Shown here: one piece after another, positions 1 to 14,068 of the stretch
Numbering within the stretch: the stretch's first letter is position 1
Layout of the letters: each line of letters starts with the position of its first letter
Assembly (NCBI GenBank): GCA_030704615.1
Contig: CM060732.1
Coordinates: 41,602,001 to 41,666,000 of the forward strand
Direction: 5' to 3'
DNA from: Takakia lepidozioides
Lineage: Eukaryota; Plantae; Bryophyta
Length of the DNA stretch: 64,000 nt
Notes under the pieces: generated by a model
Database searches by the model: none
Told to the model about the DNA's origin: nothing
The model's input: the letters and a program-made list of their open reading frames with translations, nothing else
Made by a program: the position numbers and the translations under genes

Positions 1-3000
1 CAGACTATCGTAGGCAACAGACTGGTGGTTATGTCCAACTTGGGAAGCTTGGCGCTGCCAAGGAATATGGAGCCCTGACTGTGAAGGTAGCTCTAGTCTT
101 TTGACTTAACTCATTGTTCATAGACCTAGTTGTACTGTCTGCAAGACTCTGGTGGGATGGATTGTTGGGGAGAGCTCTTAGTTGCTGATATAAATATATT
201 AGTAGTACCGACAAGCACTGGGTTGCTGAATTGTTCTGTAAAGCTGCTTGGATGCACCATCATGTTTGACAGTAGTCCAACTTTACCCCATCAATCACTG
301 CCAGATTGTCGCTGTGGACACCTCCCCTAGCTGCGTTGGATGCTGAACTTTCAAGACCATGATGAATGTGATTTGTGAATGGTGGAAACCATAAGTCCTG
401 AAACCATGCCAGCTGTCTCACATACAATGTTACAGTGTAGTATGACGTTTGAATCCACTGCGTTATTGAGCTATCTATCAGCCTTTGAGAACATCCGTCT
501 AAACAACCTAAGGAATATTAAAATTGATGATTCTGCAGGGTGACCTCACTGCAACAGGAGGACAAGATTATACAGAGCTCAATAACACAGTGGATTATAG
601 TGTTGCTCACAGCTCCCTGCTTGGAGTTTTGGCATGATTGAAGTATCTTATTTGATAACATGGACATGCAGATGTGAGTCTGGAGTTTCTCTGCTCTTAC
701 ATGTATATTAATTTGGTAGTTTTGTTTTTTCCTTCTATCATCATTCAAAGTAGTTGATGTCTTTAGTCTCAACTGAAGACAATCATGGGACAACCAGATT
801 TGTGTTGTGGGGTGTAGTGGCAGTGGTGTGTTGTGTTCATGACAGAGATGAGATGTGGCAAAGAAAGAAACTCGTAGAACAAATTCATACTCGCAGAGAG
901 TGACATCAGATAGGTATCCTGGTAAATTAGCAAGAGATATTTGTCAGCAAGGGTTACTTTCTGACTCTGCTTTATGAGGAAAGGTGGTATCATTGAAAGT
1001 GTGAAGACTGTAATAGGGATGATGGCGGTGGATTACACAGAGGGAAAAGCTGGAGCGAATGAAGGAGTTTGGGCGCCTTGTTCGAGATTGCAATAATTCA
1101 CAGGTCCTTGCCTAAGTGTCACACTGGATTGACACTTGTGATAGCACATGTTATCTAACAGTGGAGAAATTTGGATACAAGTTGTCAAAAGGAAGTGCTG
1201 CTGAAAACTGATTCTGCTGAGATTAGCAAGATCCTTCTCTGAACTTCTCAGTGAATGCCAGAACCAGCTTTCTTTTCAGAAGTAATTCCCACCACTGATG
1301 TTAGTTGTCCCTATTCTGCTCTCCTCCCCATTGTTCCCCCTCTTTCTCTCTGCCATGCACAGGGTCCATGGCCTCAAGGGTGAATGCGCCCACTGGCGCA
1401 CACATTGACAGACTGGCAAGGTGAATTGTACTAGGAAGTATAATGATGACTTGTTTGAATCTGGGGTGGCTAGGTTTTTGTTAGCAGAAAGCCAAAGGAG
1501 ATGGCTGTTTCAAAGCGTACGAAGGTAATTGTCCCATACACCCAGTTGGTGACCTTGGTAAATGGAGAATACTGGACTGTCTATGGTCCTGTCTGGCTGT
1601 ACTTAAAAAACTAGGCAAGTGCTTACAGTCAATTGAGAAACACCTTTGCTCGGGGCAGGTTGTGATTTCTCTTGTTGTCTAATGCCTTCTGGGTTTCTGT
1701 TGATCCTGCTTACAAAGTCTTCTTGAGAGTCCTCCTCTTCCCAGCCCCAAAGGGTGGTGTGGATAAAAGATGATTCTCGAGTTTGCTTCGGGGCTAGCAG
1801 TTATTGGCAGCTTGTGACTTCTGTAGCATGTCTAGCCTGATCCGCCAATCAATGCTCTTCGCTGGACATTTGCCTTGTGCAAGGCTGGGCTTTGATTTTT
1901 CTAGTCATCTGAGCTGGATTGCTGCTACTCAATGGTGGTTGAAGGTTGGCACTGGCACAATTGTGTGGCTGTCCATATTGGCAGGTCGATTGGCTTCACA
2001 TGGATGGCAGTGCTGACAGGGATCTGTCTCCACTACTGCACCCATCGAAAATCTAATCTTATGTGTATTATAGATGCTGGCCTGTTCAATGGCAGTTAAT
2101 AGTAGCATTGTATTTCTTGCGACCAGGCATTGGAGTTTGCGGCTACGATACCAAAGCCAAAAAAGAAAGATTGTGTGCATGAAGAGCAGCTGGAAAATCG
2201 GTCCCACACTCCCTTAACAGAGAAGAGCCACCATACCCTCTCTGAGTTGCAACTTCTTGAAGCTAAACATCAAGCCGACAAACAACATGTTGAGGTGTTA
2301 CCCCTTCTTAATTTCTGTTTCTCTTGTTGATGGCCTCTTTCTTCCAAGCTACTAGTGTTTCGCACCGACTCTTGTTGCTTAATGCCGCATGTCCCTAGCT
2401 CTTCCCTCGCTTGTCTGTCTCTTTCTTTCATATTACATGTAAACAGAATTAATTTTCGCAACGCAGGCAATGCGACGCGAGCTTGAGCTGTTCCTCAGAT
2501 AACAACATACCAGGCCTTCTGAATGGAGCAGCCCACTCTGTGCTTCAATTGTTCAAGGACTCCTGCGCCATTTGGAGTGCCGCAATTATTTGATGTAGCT
2601 ACACCCACTGATGACACAACATAACCCTGTAGAGTTCTAATAATCTTGGTGCCGTGATGGTAAAAAGATGACCTTCCTGGCTGTCAGGTGTCAGTGGACT
2701 GAACTTTGTTGTATCACACATTCAGACAGGATTACATACCTCGCTGCAAATTATGCATGACTGTCTGTGGACATGCTGGGTATCTTGTCTCTGTCAGACT
2801 GTCCATCAATCATCCCATATTGAAACAGGAGAAACTTCAGATCCTTTAGACACTTCCTAGCATTTGGCACCACGTACAGTCACTGCTTTAGTGAATGCAA
2901 AGCAAGGGGAAAGAACCATCGATAAGAAAGTTCCAGCATCATAACTTAAATGAAATGACACTTTCCTGCGTCCACAGAAGGAAAGAAGAAGAGAGAAAGG

Positions 3001-3286
3001 AGAGAAAAAAGAAAGAAATATGAAGAACCAGGTGAAATGATATTGGAAAGGGGAAATGATAACAGTTCTGAATGATGGAAATCCTCCTCACCATGAGAAG
3101 GGCCAATCTGTGAAGACATTCCTTCCACCAACACCCGGAGTCGTCTCTCTCACCTCGTAGATAGCGCGGTGCAGCATGCACAAACCATTCATCCATTTCC
3201 AAAGAGCTTCATCCATTCATGCCATCTCTGTTAATAGCTGTCACCATCTCTAGTGCCAAAAAGGTGGTTGTAGGTGTTCACATTGG

Positions 3287-3385
3287 GGCCCAGCCCGGCG
3301 TTTGGTCGGGTACAGCCATAGCAGGTGGTGGAAGCCCTGTCGCTGCAGTTACTTTTTGCTCTTTGCTTCAAACGTTCAAACCCTA
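3287..3385 (+). promoter_or_regulatory. Site II-like GGCCCA (3287-3292) plus telo-box AAACCCTA (3378-3385) upstream of the RRM gene
   Basis: Both motifs are read directly, 140-240 bp upstream of the ATG at 3522. This pairing is typical of plant RNA-processing and translation gene promoters, but short motifs can occur by chance. Confidence 0.4.
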
Positions 3386-3521
3386 GCGACCGTCTCTGGC
3401 ACGATTGACGATGAGAGATCCAGCATCTGGCAAGCAGTTTGATGAGTAGAGCCCACTCCAATCTGCAGGAATTCCTACGTGTTCAGTAGTTTGCCAGTAT
3501 TTCTCGCCCTGTGATTTTGAA

Positions 3522-6500
3522 ATGGCTGAAGTAGACGATGGGGAGTACGAGGTGAAGGATGAGGAACTCGTGGATTTTGAGGGGTCAGACTATGGATTCA
3601 ATTCTGATGAGGAGGTGGAAGCAGAAGTGAATGATGCTCCCAACCACAATCGTTTTGAGAATGAGCGCATTGGTTCAGAAAGTAATATAGGGGAGGTAGA
3701 AGTCGGGGACGACAATGTTGACACAAGCAAACCCGTAGAGGTGGCGGTGTCGCAGTCGCAGTCGCAAAAGAGGGAGGGAGCAGAGAGTGGGGAAATTGAG
3801 GAGGAGAAAGATGAGAAAGATGACGGAGTCGTTGTTCAACCTGCACAGATATCTGTAGCACCTAGACAGGGCGAGGGGGGAAGGGTAGGAGAGGCTAGAC
3901 AAAGAAAGCACCATAAGGCAGACCTGGAGGATGGCGAACTTGACGACGCTGCCATGGTGCTGACCGATGTACCCTCTCATTTTCTTTCCCCTTTCCTCTC
4001 TCCCTCAATTCTTTGTCGCCCCCTCCGCTGCCCCGCGGATGTCACTCTTCGTTACAAGCATGCGGTCTGTTAACGTAGATCTTTGTGGATCTTTTGGCAG
4101 TATCATCCTCCCGTTTTCTATGCATGTAATAATCGAGACCACTAGATGCATTGGGACATTCACATTCTGGGAGCATGTAGACGTACACGGAAGCTTCTGG
4201 TCAGAGAGTTCTGCCCTTCTCTCGGGTGGGGTCCTACTCTGCATGTGATAACTATACCCAGTAGAGGCATTGGAGCATTCACACTTTGGGAGCACTTTGG
4301 GAGGATTTAGACATGAAGGCTTCTGGTCACAGATTTCTACCTTTCTATGGGGTGGACTCCTTTTATGCATGTGCTGCACCACTGGAGGCATTGGGGGCAG
4401 TATTTAGACGTATACACAGTCTCTGGACAGAGAATTCCCTTCTTTTGGGTTGGGGTTCTTCTCCACTAGAGGCATTGGGGGCAGTTACACTCGGGGATCA
4501 TTTAGACGTACATACAAACCTCTGATCAGAGAGTTCTGCCCTTCTTTTTGGGTGGGGTGCTTGGGTGACCTGGAGGATGGCGAGCTTGACGACGCTGCCA
4601 TGGTGCTGATCGATGTACTTTTTTTTCTCAATTCTTTCCCTCCTTTCCTCTCTTCCACCTTTTCTTTGTCCTCCCCGGCTCCCTCCCTTTCCCTCCCTTT
4701 CCCCTCATTCGGATGTCACTCTCCGTTACAAGCATGTGGTCTAGTAACGTAGGTCTTCTTGCATCTCTTGGCAGTATCCTCCGCCCTTCTTTCTTTGATG
4801 TGATAATCCAGGCCACTAGAGACATTTGGGGTTTTCACATTCTGGGAGCACTAGATTTTACACAAGCATCTGGTCAGAGAGTTCTTCCCTTCTTTTTGGG
4901 GTGGGGTCCTGGGTGGTGAAGTTTGAAGTTTGCAGGATGCTGCAGTACAGAACGTAGATAGAAGATGAATTCCTCTCCCACGTGGTCCTTATCTCTACTT
5001 CCTCTGGATGACAAGCATGCTGTTTAGTAATGCAGATCTTTGTTGATCTTTTTGGAAGTATCCTTCTTCCTTTCAATGCGTGTGAATAATTGAGACAACT
5101 AGAGGAATTTTGGGCCATTCACATACTGAGAGCATTTAGACTTAGACACAAGCCTCTGGTCAGAGAGTTCCCCTGTTCTTTTTGGGGGTGGGGTCCTGGG
5201 GTGGTGAAGTTTGATGTTTGCAGGATGCTGCAGCACAGAGAATGATAGATAGAAGATGAATTCCCCGCTCGGTTATAGCACTCACGTGTGGACGTTGGAA
5301 ATGCGGGAAACAGCCCGAGGGTTCTGATCATGAAGCAGAGGGCAATGGCGGGGAGGATGACGAAGATGAAAATGAGCGCCGTGAGAGGAAAAGAAGAAAG
5401 GACCGGTTTGCTGCTGAGAGACATCTAGAAGATAAAGGAAGGAAAGGAAGGAAAGAGGCGGAGGAGCTGGCACTGGCAGCAAGCAGGCAATATGGAGGCC
5501 GAGGAAGGTAAATGGCATGTAATGACTAGTCTACTTCATTTCACATCTTTTGGATGTCTTGGCCCAAGGATCGTCGGGTATTCAGGATACTTATTGGAGG
5601 CATCATACACACCTGGTTGTCCCCTTCATCTTTAGCAACTTAATTTTCGTTTCTCAAAATCTAAAAATTCCTATTCATGCAGAACTCTTGAATGATGGGC
5701 GAGGTGAACTTATGTTTTGTTGCACCGTGTTTCTGCAGTGAGAGGCCAATGGGAGATCGTGGAAACATTGCCAGGGGTAAGTTAATCTTCTACATATTAA
5801 ATGGTTAGTTACCAAGTGTTGAGAAGGCTGGAGGCATATCTGGGAATTTCACCATTGGTGTTAAAAGTTGTTCATAGAGTTAGCTGTAAGCCCACCGTAG
5901 CTGCTGATTGTTTTGATATGTGTCTGAGACTTGCCAACTTCCCCTTGATCTGCAGTTGGCCGAGGCATGAGTGCAACTGGTTTAAATCGACCCAATATGG
6001 CACCAGGCATTATGGGACCTGGAAGACCACTTGTCCCCATTGACTTTGGTGGCCCACTTCCTCTTCGTCCTCTGGGGCAAGGGTTCGCTGTACCCATTGG
6101 AGCGATGTCTCCTGCTGGAAGACCAAACGTAAGTGTTTTTGTCTTTAGATATTATCTCCTCCATGAAGTTCCGTGACTTCTGAATGTGATATTTAAGTGA
6201 TTAATTGTTATATTCTATGCTTCAATCATGTAAAGAAAAACTTGCATGTCTAGAGTTTTGTTTGTGTTTTTGGAAGGTGAATTCATAGCTAAATATATAC
6301 CAGTCATTTGAGTTGTGCAGCTTTTATGGAGCACTCCTGGTTCTTTTGTTTCCCATTGTACCTGTGTAATCGACAGATATGCATCTTAGCAACATCATCT
6401 TTGCTTATTATGGCGGCTGGGATGGTTATGGCAGATGCAGAATCATTTCAGAGAGGCTATGGCAGTACAGGAACACATGTTGCAGTCACACCAAATGATG

Positions 6501-9378
6501 CAATTTGCACATGGAAATGTCCCTGGCCCAGTCCGGCCTCCCATGGGCGCCCCTCCCATGCGTCCATTGATGGGTCTTGAATTTGTAGGGGTGCCAGGGG
6601 GTCCCCATGGCATCATGCATTTGCAGGGCCAAGGACCAGACTTGTCCTCACCGATGAACTTCTCACCATCCATGGATGGTTATGGGAGAAGCCCACGGCC
6701 TGCCTATGGTGCGGCGCGGGGAGCTGGAGGGGGCACCATGCTTAATCAGTTGACCAACAGACTGGGTCCATCTCCTCGCGGTGGAGTTGGAAGGCAGCAG
6801 GGTTTGTGGGCTTCAGCCCCCATGGCTGTTGAAATGCAGCAACCGCAGATAGGTAGAGGGAGGGGGCAAGGGCGAGGTCAGGTGGTAGGCCCTATTTGGG
6901 GAGACCCTCAAGCACATTTGATCAATACCCAACTTGGGGTAATAGGACAAGGAATGTGTGTCAATGGAGGTTCAGGGTCGGGGCCTGGGCCCATGATAGG
7001 ATTGGTGCCTAATAAGAGGCAGGGCTCGTTGGGCCCAGTACCGCAGGGTAATCTGACAGCGAACAGAGATGGCATTTCTAACTTGAAGAGAATGGAATTA
7101 CGTCGTAGTGAGATGGATGGTCTATGGAGAGTTGATAGAGGAGATCGTGGAGGTGGCACGAGCAATGGGATTGTTCCCCATGGCAGGGTGGAGGTTGGAG
7201 TTTGGTCTGCCAGTCCAGGGCCTTCCTTGGGCACCAAGCATGAGAGGGAAAATGTGCGTGATCGTTGCCAGACTTACAGTAATTCCATTACAGGGCCCAC
7301 GGTGCCCCTGGGCAATGGTGTGGGTCTCAATGCAGCAGCTGTTGGGAACCATCTTATCCAGCTTGGTGGGCCAGTGCAAAAGAGCAGGTGCGTGGAGGGC
7401 CTCCAAACCTGAATTACCCTAACTTAGAAAGTGGAGCAACATGAACAAAGTTCGAAGCTTTACTTTGCAGCTCCAAGATGTTGGAATATGAGCATTAATG
7501 AGCTGATTTGACAGTCTGAAAATGTGATGTAAATGTTTCTAGCACCGAAGAGCTTTGGGGATGCCACTACTTAGCAGGGCAGATGAATATTGTCACCCAC
7601 TCTCCGAGAGTGCGATTTTGTTGTGCCATGCTCGTTATCTGATTGGGGGCAGTGCTGGTGGCTTTTTGGTGCATCCCCTTTCTGCAGCTGCTGGTCCTAT
7701 TGCTCAAAAGAGAACTGATTAGTGTAGGTTGATCAGTACTGGCACACTGTGTATAAGTCCTGGCATCTTCATTCAGCAGATGGTTGTGATAGTTGCCCAA
7801 GGGCTCGCCCATAGCCACCTAGGTTTTAATAACGTTTGCAATATCCCGACCTCAATTGCATGGCTTGGCTCAACGACTATGAATTCGTGAGTGCACTTGA
7901 TGGATTCATAGGGGACTTGTAGCTCGTATATCTGCATCAACCATTTTGTAACAAAGTGGTTTAAGGTTAGAAAAGTAGCTTGAAACTTACAATATTAGAA
8001 TATACTGATGACCTCCATTGAAGTGGCTGTATGATTCTGTAGAGTTCTGACAGTCAGTGGATTTCCGGAGAACACATCCATGTCGGTTGTTGTGGAAGCC
8101 TTTGAGAAGCAAGGAAAGATCACGGTATGTGATTCTTGTAAAACAAAAACCTCGGAGGGATCAAGTAGTTTTTTTTCTGTGTCACAACAACTATTCTTAT
8201 CATATTTGATCTGCCTGGTGGAGTTATATATGTTGGCAGAATACAGGTCTGCCTTCTTGAAATTATATTCATTGGCCTGCAGTGCTGCAATCCACAATGG
8301 ACAGATCCTAATGTGTACATTGTTCCTCACAAGCTCTTTCACATAGGATACACGCTTTCAGCCATTATCCAAGTCTTTCAGGTGGTTGTTGGGATGAAGT
8401 CGGAGTTTTGGGATGCCTTCAAAGATGATGACCCACAGCTCATGTTTTAAGGATCCATTCGGTTATTCATTCGTTCAGGGCTCCTGATTGTTAGTGTTGC
8501 AGTGAAATTTCATACCCTCTTAGAAAGCTGTGTTGTACTGATATATGATTATCTTTTTGAAGGATATGCGCCACAATAGCAAGAATCATTACCAGTATGT
8601 CACTACGCACAAATGGTATGCAAACTGCTTACATGTGTTAAGTTGAGAAGACTACTTCATGTTTATATGTTCCTGTTGCAGGATTTTAGGAAGGAGGAGA
8701 AAGGAGATGCTTTTACAATAACTTTTGCAAGCGTACCAGAGGCTATATCAGCAAAACGGAGTTTGCATAGGTAAGTGATGTGCATCTTGGCATGGAGTTG
8801 CTTGTCTAGCCCTCATCCAGCTGCCATTGGTAGATCAATCCATATTACTCATGTGGATTATGCAAAACAGAGATATGATTCATAATCTTCATAACCAACC
8901 TTAACGGAGGATTGTCACTCTTTCCATTATCTGGGAGGCCATTTTTTCAGTGAAGCTGCAAATGTAACATTGCAAGCTTTCACCACCCCAAAAGCAGGCA
9001 ACTTCGCCCTGCTGGGGTTGTGAATGTCTACTGTGTTACGTCTGCAGCTTTATTCAAAAAGTGGATATTAATTCATGGAAAGAGTGATTGGAAGTCCAAG
9101 AATAATCTTTGTTTCTCATAATTTTCTTATGTTTAAAAAGTCTTCAAACATACTTGGTCTTTGGTAGCTTCACATATGAAGTTTTCTGGTCTCATCTTCC
9201 GTGATCAATACTCAACAGATGCTGTTTCCATCTAGGAACAAGATGTATTGACTTGGGACTTGTATCACTTTTTCTTCCAAGGCTGATTCCACTATTGTTC
9301 CCTCTCTATCTGGGCACATGCAGGTCCTTTCTGGCAGGCCAGCAAATTACTGTGGAGTATGCAGTCCAACGGTTTTAG
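3522..9378 (+). CDS. RNA-binding protein: acidic N-terminus, Gly/Pro/Met/Arg-rich middle, single C-terminal RRM (RBM33-like architecture)
   Basis: Phase-consistent GT-AG exons: 3522-3956, 5314-5507, 5739-5776, 5956-6128, 6435-7387, 8043-8124, 8682-8770, 9324-9378. The spliced C-terminus RVLTVSGFPENTSMSVVVEAFEKQGKITDFRKEEKGDAFTITFASVPEAISAKRSLHRSFLAGQQITVEYAVQRF* has an RRM pattern. The exon-2 acceptor is the least certain junction. Confidence 0.8.
3921..5265 (+). repeat. Imperfect tandem array in intron 1, including a duplicate of the exon-1 3' end and its donor site
   Basis: GACCTGGAGGATGGCGARCTTGACGACGCTGCCATGGTGCTGA occurs at 3921 and 4568. An ~80-120 bp subunit (cactagaggcattggg...tctggtcagagagttc...gggtgggg) recurs about 6 times, and 4911-4973 resembles 5198-5264. 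Confidence 0.8.
8914..9087. repeat. Degenerate fold-back (inverted repeat, MITE-like) in intron 7
   Basis: 8939-8989 (ccattttttcagtgaagctgcaaatgtaaca...cacccc) pairs with 9014-9063 (ggggttgtgaa...tgttacgtctgcagctttattcaaaaagtgg). Outer arms tcactctttccat / atggaaagagtga also pair. Confidence 0.65.
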
Positions 9379-12237
9379 AAGCCTTCACATATGTTGGATT
9401 TGATGCCTAGCAAAGCCTTGGTGCATATGTGATTCAAAAGCCTAGCAAAGCCTGGGTCCCACCATTGTGTCTGTAGTTTGACATTTGTCATCTCTCATTC
9501 CCATCTCTGCATATGGAAGTGGTTAACCTGTAATAGGAACTACACTATGTCTTGTATAGTCTCAATTTCATTAGCTACATGTCTCAGGAATGGAGGACAA
9601 GATTATCGCATAGTGGCTGCCGTCAGTACCTCTCTGAAGGCTATTATGCCGACAAGTGAACTGTAGGGAATAGAAATTTTGACACGTGGTTGGGGGTGGG
9701 GGTTGGGATTAAGAGCAGTGCATCCTCTTGGCTATTATAAAGAATTTTGCTGTTGGAAGATCTTGAGCTCTGCTTGATGTGCATGATAGGAAGAGATGCG
9801 ATGAAGGCCACATGTATGTCAATTATGTACACAATTGTATAGTTCACCTTAATCGGCAGATTCAGTTCAGGGATGCAATATATCTTAGATGAGACGATCC
9901 GGTAGAAGCAAACCTTCCCCGGGTGTCACCTCTCCTTTGCTCAAAACTACTTCCATGATGTGTCCGAGTCTCTATTATTGGACAAATGGAATTTTCAAGT
10001 TCATTATGGATGAAGGTAGATTCCACTATTCACAAAAAGAAGCCATATGTGACTTTAGCTTGTTATGTGACATCTCAACCAAATTTGAAGAGACTAGAAA
10101 GGGAGAGATGAAATGAAATCGTCCTGTGGGAAGCTTATGGAATAAGAATCCCATAAGAAGAAAGAAGCAAGGGAAGAGAGGGGGAGAGAGGTGGAGAGGG
10201 CAGTAGTATGGGTGTTGTTGCCCTCATGGGAGCTTCACCCAAGATCTTTCAACAGCGTCTATAAGGTTCTAGAGAGAAAGCAAAAGAAAAGAACAATGTG
10301 ATGGATTAGCACCTTTAGGAGTTAGCATGTCAAAGAGAAAGTCCAGCCAATGCAAGTATTTCCCACAAAGGAAACCCAAATGGTTTCAGAAAGAGAGAAT
10401 CTCTTCCAAAATAAAGGCACGAGATAATAGATTACTAATTACTACCATATGAAAAGCAAATATCACCACACAAACATTTAGAGACCTTAAGCATAGCAGG
10501 ACCCACCAGTCCACTGCAAGTAAGAATTTGCAATGATTTTACAAACAAACTTGGAGACCAAGACCAGAAGTCGGGAGAAAGGGACCGTGTACCAAATGAA
10601 CAAGGATGTTTTGTCTTATGTTTGATATGAAGACCAAGTACTTACAACAATATTTATGAATACCATGTTGTCATCATAAGAGAGAAAATAAGGAAGCAAC
10701 CCAATGACAAACACTATATCCGGAAAACAACATAACTTGCTGTAAAAACTTTCATCATGCCAGCTTCAGTCACAACCCCTCCTCCACTACACTAAACTTA
10801 TCAAACCTGTTGTCCAAACCAGCAAGTGATATCAACAACAGTCTATCAACATCCCAGAAATCTTACTCTTCTCTCAGTTCTTTGTAGACGAGAAACACTG
10901 ATAATTGGCCAACATCATGGGCTTGCTCTCACTGCATGTGCATATTACTAATGTAGCTGTAACCATGAGGCCAGGGTAACTACAAAGTGCCACCGATGAT
11001 TCGGCCAAGAGGATACCAACTCTCATATTCAAACGAGTTCCAGAACTCATAGAATCTTTCTTTGTCAAGATCTTGAGAGTCGTCCTGTAGTTGAATTGCT
11101 GTAGTTGAAGGGAAGTGCTGAGCAAACCCTACCAGACCGTGAGATCCTGGCTGTGCCGCAAGCAAGTGCAGGAGACTAAAGATGCATCATCACCTACAAA
11201 ATAGAGTAAAAGTGATTCACTCTGAGAAAAAAGACGAAAGCAAATAAGACCCGGACACTAGCTGAAATCGATACATGCCAGACCTCTAGAAAGATATTTC
11301 AGTGATCTAGAAAGATCTAGAAAAAACTTTCACTGCTGCAAAGAGGCTGCCAAGGGCAAGAGAGGGACCGTAGTCGCTCTATCAGATCTTACATGATAAT
11401 ATAAGGGGGCCACCCTCCTGTCGAGGTTCATCTCAGAGGTCGGCCATCGCTTGCGCAACTTTCCTAAGCATCACATCTCCTGACGAGAGTAGGTTCTACT
11501 AGTCATCAACTCGTCATACACAATTCAATTCGATAAAGTTTAGAGAGGACGTTCACGAAGTCCACGAGAAATCTTTGGAAAATTCAACCCCCCGAGATAT
11601 GCAGAGCAACCTCATCATGCATGGCCCAAAGCTGGAGAATATTCTCTGTAATTCGTATTATTAATGGGATCTCGTTGGACGGAGGTTACGTTCATTTTCT
11701 CGAGAAGCGGGAATGCCGAAAATCTTGCCATCGAGGTCTCGGGGGCAGAGAGACAGGAGAGAGACAGCGGCTATAAAAGCCACCAACTCCTCATCTCTCC
11801 TCATCTCTCTGGTCTTTGTAGGTCCTTATGGTATTCTGCTTGACGGACGTGGTTAGAGTTAGGTGGAATTGGACGGTAAGTTGGCATGCATCCCCTTGTG
11901 TGTGGTCCTGTCCTTTGATTACATTGATTTCCCTAGTTTTCCTTCCCTGGATTTCCAGTCTCCTACCGCTTGGTGGTAGACTTGTGTATATGATCACTCT
12001 ACCTTATGTAATATTCCATGTTTTTTGTGTTGTGTTGTGTTCCTGCAAGACATTATTTCTCCCTATATACTCTAGTTGTGCGGCCTCTTTGAGAAGTCCA
12101 GATGTGCATGATCTGTAATCCTTGATTCTATACATAGAACAATAGATAGAAGTGTACAACCCTACGTCATGTCTACTTAGATGTTGCCAATTCAGCCAAA
12201 GCAGCATTGTAAGCGGAATCCTTTAGTGCTCATACTT

Positions 12238-12543
12238 TGTTAGAATTGAGCAAGAACATGAACAAGAACTAAAGTCTTAGACTAAAGCTAAAACTAAAGC
12301 TCTCTTCCCAACCATAGAAGCCACCATCGTATTCTTACACTTAGACTAGTGGCTTCACCCCGAGCTTGTACAAGAAGGTCTCTAGAAAGTCCTACTTGGT
12401 CACTTCCACTTCCACTATGGTGACCATCCACCTTCTAGCCATTCACCTTCCAAAGGTGAGTTAAACAAGATAGTCTCTTAGACTTCTAAACCTTTGGCCT
12501 TCAAGACTCCTAGTCTTCTAGATATGTTTAATTACTTCCAACA
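12238..12543 (-). repeat. 3' LTR of copia 1 (~306 bp), preceded on the minus strand by a polypurine tract at 12544-12554
   Basis: The minus strand reads TTGAGTGGGAG|TGTTGGAA...TTCTAACA, giving TG...CA termini with short inverted ends. The far boundary is inferred because no partner LTR survives. Confidence 0.65.
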
Positions 12544-13012
12544 CTCCCACTCAATTAAACCATATCATTGCGCTACTTCGTTTGTCTTTGGAGAAGAGAC
12601 ACCAAGTAAGGTTCATGTGTTTTGTTTGTGGTAGACTCTTCGTCAAAACATCCGCAACCATATCTCCTGTAGCACAATAGATCATCTTGATCTCTCCCTT
12701 GGATACAACTTCCCGTATGTAGTGATGTTGCACTTCAATGTGCTTCGTCCTTGAATGATACTTCGGATTCTCACTTAGTGCAATCGCACTTTGATTGTCA
12801 CAATAGAGAGTCGTAGGTAGTGATTGGAGATGATCCAAATCTCCAAGCAACTTCCGTAACCAAATAGCCTCCTTTGCTGCTTGTGTAATGGACATGTACT
12901 CAGCTTCTGTTGATGACAACGCTGTTGCAACTTGTCGTTTGCTAGACCAAGATACAGCTCCACCTGCTAGGAGAAAACAATGGTCTGAAGTTGATTTTCT
13001 ACTATGAACGTC

Positions 13013-14068
13013 TCATGCCCAGTCAGCATCAGCAAACCCCAACAAACTTGGATCTTCCACTCTCTTGTAGAGTAGACCAGAGGTTGATGTTCCTCTTAGA
13101 TATCGAAATATCCTCTTCACTGCTTTCCAATGGGTTTGTCCGGGATTTGAAAGAAATTGTGAGACCACTCTTACTGAATGTGCAATGTCTGGCCTAGTAC
13201 AAACCATGCAATACATCAAACTGCCGACTGCGTTTTGATAAGGAATTTTTCTCATATCTTCTTGCTCTTCTTGAATCTTAGGTGCCATATCCTTCGTAAG
13301 TTTCAAACCAACATCGAGAAGAGTTGATGTTGGCTTACGCATCTCCAACTTAAACCTTTGTAGAATTGTCTCAATGTATTGTCGTTGATGCATAAATACT
13401 GTATGGTTCACTCGATCTCTGCTGATTTGAATACCAAGACAAAACCGAATTTCACCCATGTCAGTCATGGCAAACTCAGCACTCAACAGTGCTTTGGTTT
13501 CTGGCAACAACCTTTGATGATCGTTGGTGACAATGATTGTGTCATCCACATATAGAGCTATGACCACAAATTGTTCTCCCATCTTTTTCACATAGATGTT
13601 TGTGTCAGCAATGCTTTGCTCAAATCTTGCCTTTAAGAGGTAAGCATCGATCCTAGCATACCAAGTTCGAGGACTTTGTTTGAGTCCATACAAACTCTTT
13701 TGCAGCTTACACACAATATCACTTGCTCCTTGTACAAACCCTTCAGGTTGTCTCATGTAGAACTCTTCTTGTAGTTCTCCATTCAGAAATGTCGTCTTAA
13801 CATCCATTTGATGAACTTCGTGATCATGTTGAGCTGCAAAAGCTAACAACACTCTGATAGAAGAAATCTTCACCACTGGTGAGAAGGTTTCATTGTAATC
13901 CACTCCTTCAATTTGTGCATAGCCTTTAGCTACAAGACGAGCTTTGTACTGGTAAATGGATCCATCAGCTTTGTACTTCAACTTGAAGATCCACTTGCAA
14001 CCAATGGCTCTTCGTCCTGCAGGCAACCTAGTGAGTGTCCATGCTTTGTTTTGCATCAATGAATCCAA
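13013..14068 (-). pseudogene. Copia reverse transcriptase domain
   Basis: 351-aa ORF with copia RT motifs KARLVAKG, QMDVK, LYGLKQS, YVDD and TRPDI. Confidence 0.95.

Noticed and set aside
1-3230. Patchy protein-like reading frames and splice-like sites, possibly a decayed or divergent minus-strand gene
   Set aside because: Frequent stops in all frames, no recognisable domain and no consistent exon chain could be built
9700-12237. LTR-like sequence (TCTAGAAA repeats at ~11285-11325, TATAAAA at ~11772 followed by a CT-rich tract)
   Set aside because: No partner repeat, PBS, PPT or coding remnant defines it; plausible but unsupported
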